48,055 nucleotides of DNA from Acidobacteriota bacterium. GTDB lineage: Bacteria > Acidobacteriota > Terriglobia > UBA7540. The stretch is from positions 1 through 48,055 of the forward strand of contig JAJYNF010000209.1 of assembly GCA_021786455.1 (NCBI GenBank). Direction: 5' to 3'. Positions 47,342 through 48,055 of this stretch are shown piece after piece (position 1 is the stretch's first letter; each line of letters starts with the position of its first letter). A program made the position numbers and the translations under genes. The notes under the pieces were generated by a model. That model saw only the letters and a program-made list of their open reading frames with translations, was not told where the DNA came from and ran no database searches.

Positions 47342-48055
47342 ATGCGCTGCGACAACATTCTTGAGGTGATTGGCCGTACACCGCTCGTTCGGCTCCAACG
47401 ACTGTTCCGCGATACCAAAGCCCGCGTGTACGCCAAATGTGATTACCTCAATCCCGGGGGAAGCGTGAAGGATCGCATTGGTATTGCCATGGTGGCCGAC
47501 GGGGAGCGTCGCGGCCTGCTCAAGCCGGGCGGCACGATCGTAGAAGCGACCTCCGGCAATACGGGCATGGGACTGGCGCTGGCTGCGGCAGTGAAAGGCT
47601 ACAAGGCCATCTTCACCATGACCGACAAGCAATCAAAAGAGAAAGTGGACTTGCTCAAGGCCATGGGGGCGGAGGTGATCGTTTGCCCTACGGCGGTGCC
47701 TCCCGATGATCCGCGCAGCTACCACTCGGTTGCCCGCAAGCTGGCACAGGATATTCCCAACGCTTTCTACCCGAACCAATATGACAACCCCGCAAATCCC
47801 GAGATTCACTACCAAACGACCGGGCCCGAGATTTGGGAGGACAGCGAAGGCGAAATTACCCATTTGGTTGCCGGCATGGGCACGGGTGGAACGATCACTG
47901 GCATCGGGCGCTATCTGAAGGAGAAAAATCCCAACGTTCAGGTTATTGGCACCGATCCGGTCGGCTCGATTCTCTACGAATTTTTCCATTGCGGAACGGC
48001 GGGCAAGGCTGAAACATACAAGGTGGAAGGAATCGGCGAAGATTTCCTTCCTCGG
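47342..48055 (+). CDS. cystathionine beta-synthase / cysteine synthase family PLP enzyme (3' end outside window)
   Basis: This gene is not in the ORF track because it has no stop inside the window. My own translation from ATG 47342 contains GRTPLVRL, NPGGSVKDR (PLP Lys) and TSGNTGMGLA. It also contains GMGTGGTITG and YKVEGIGEDFLP. The frame is open for 238 codons to the edge. Confidence 0.85.
   Translation, partial: MRCDNILEVIGRTPLVRLQRLFRDTKARVYAKCDYLNPGGSVKDRIGIAMVADGERRGLLKPGGTIVEATSGNTGMGLALAAAVKGYKAIFTMTDKQSKEKVDLLKAMGAEVIVCPTAVPPDDPRSYHSVARKLAQDIPNAFYPNQYDNPANPEIHYQTTGPEIWEDSEGEITHLVAGMGTGGTITGIGRYLKEKNPNVQVIGTDPVGSILYEFFHCGTAGKAETYKVEGIGEDFLPR

Noticed and set aside
47303-47989. Two minus-strand ORFs (109 and 118 aa) near the right edge
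   Set aside because: They are antisense to the open CBS/cysteine-synthase frame, which has clear PLP motifs.

Overview
GC-rich bacterial chromosomal segment, mostly housekeeping. Gene content suggests Acidobacteriota: BNR/sortilin-type and GH115-like hydrolases, PadR, DUF4097-like proteins and an ROK remnant. This taxon call is inference only. All family assignments come from motifs read by eye; no search was run. Left to right, the main genes are: nuoL(partial)-nuoM-nuoN, followed after 11 nt by an F0-only ATP synthase block (atpZ-like, atpI, atpB, atpE); an ATGA-chained triad of a small unknown protein, a ThiS-like protein and an orphan LytS-type kinase; an AhpD-like protein, an MFS transporter and a hydrolase; bshA coupled to an unknown secreted protein; an Hfq-like Sm protein; an orphan AmmeMemoRadiSam-type radical SAM enzyme; two DUF4097-like genes, one broken by a single in-frame TGA; a YfcH-like epimerase that appears to need a CTG start; aguB-aguA; tRNA(CAU) with a gutted integrase remnant, then padR and a 560-aa membrane protein; a porin and glnA; a LysM lytic transglycosylase; a Tat-signal lactonase; a small tandem-repeat protein; an AT-rich gap with a strong minus-strand terminator (sRNA candidate) and a decayed ROK regulator; GH115-like and BNR/sortilin-like genes; uvrB; a DUF2520-like protein; a YncE-like propeller; and a cystathionine beta-synthase-type gene running off the right edge, which the ORF track does not list. 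No CRISPR array, intact mobile element or recognisable defence system was seen. The best candidate for something undescribed is the unknown/ThiS-like(capped GG)/LytS-kinase cassette at 6133-8011. Many long ORFs in the track are antisense shadow ORFs and were rejected.
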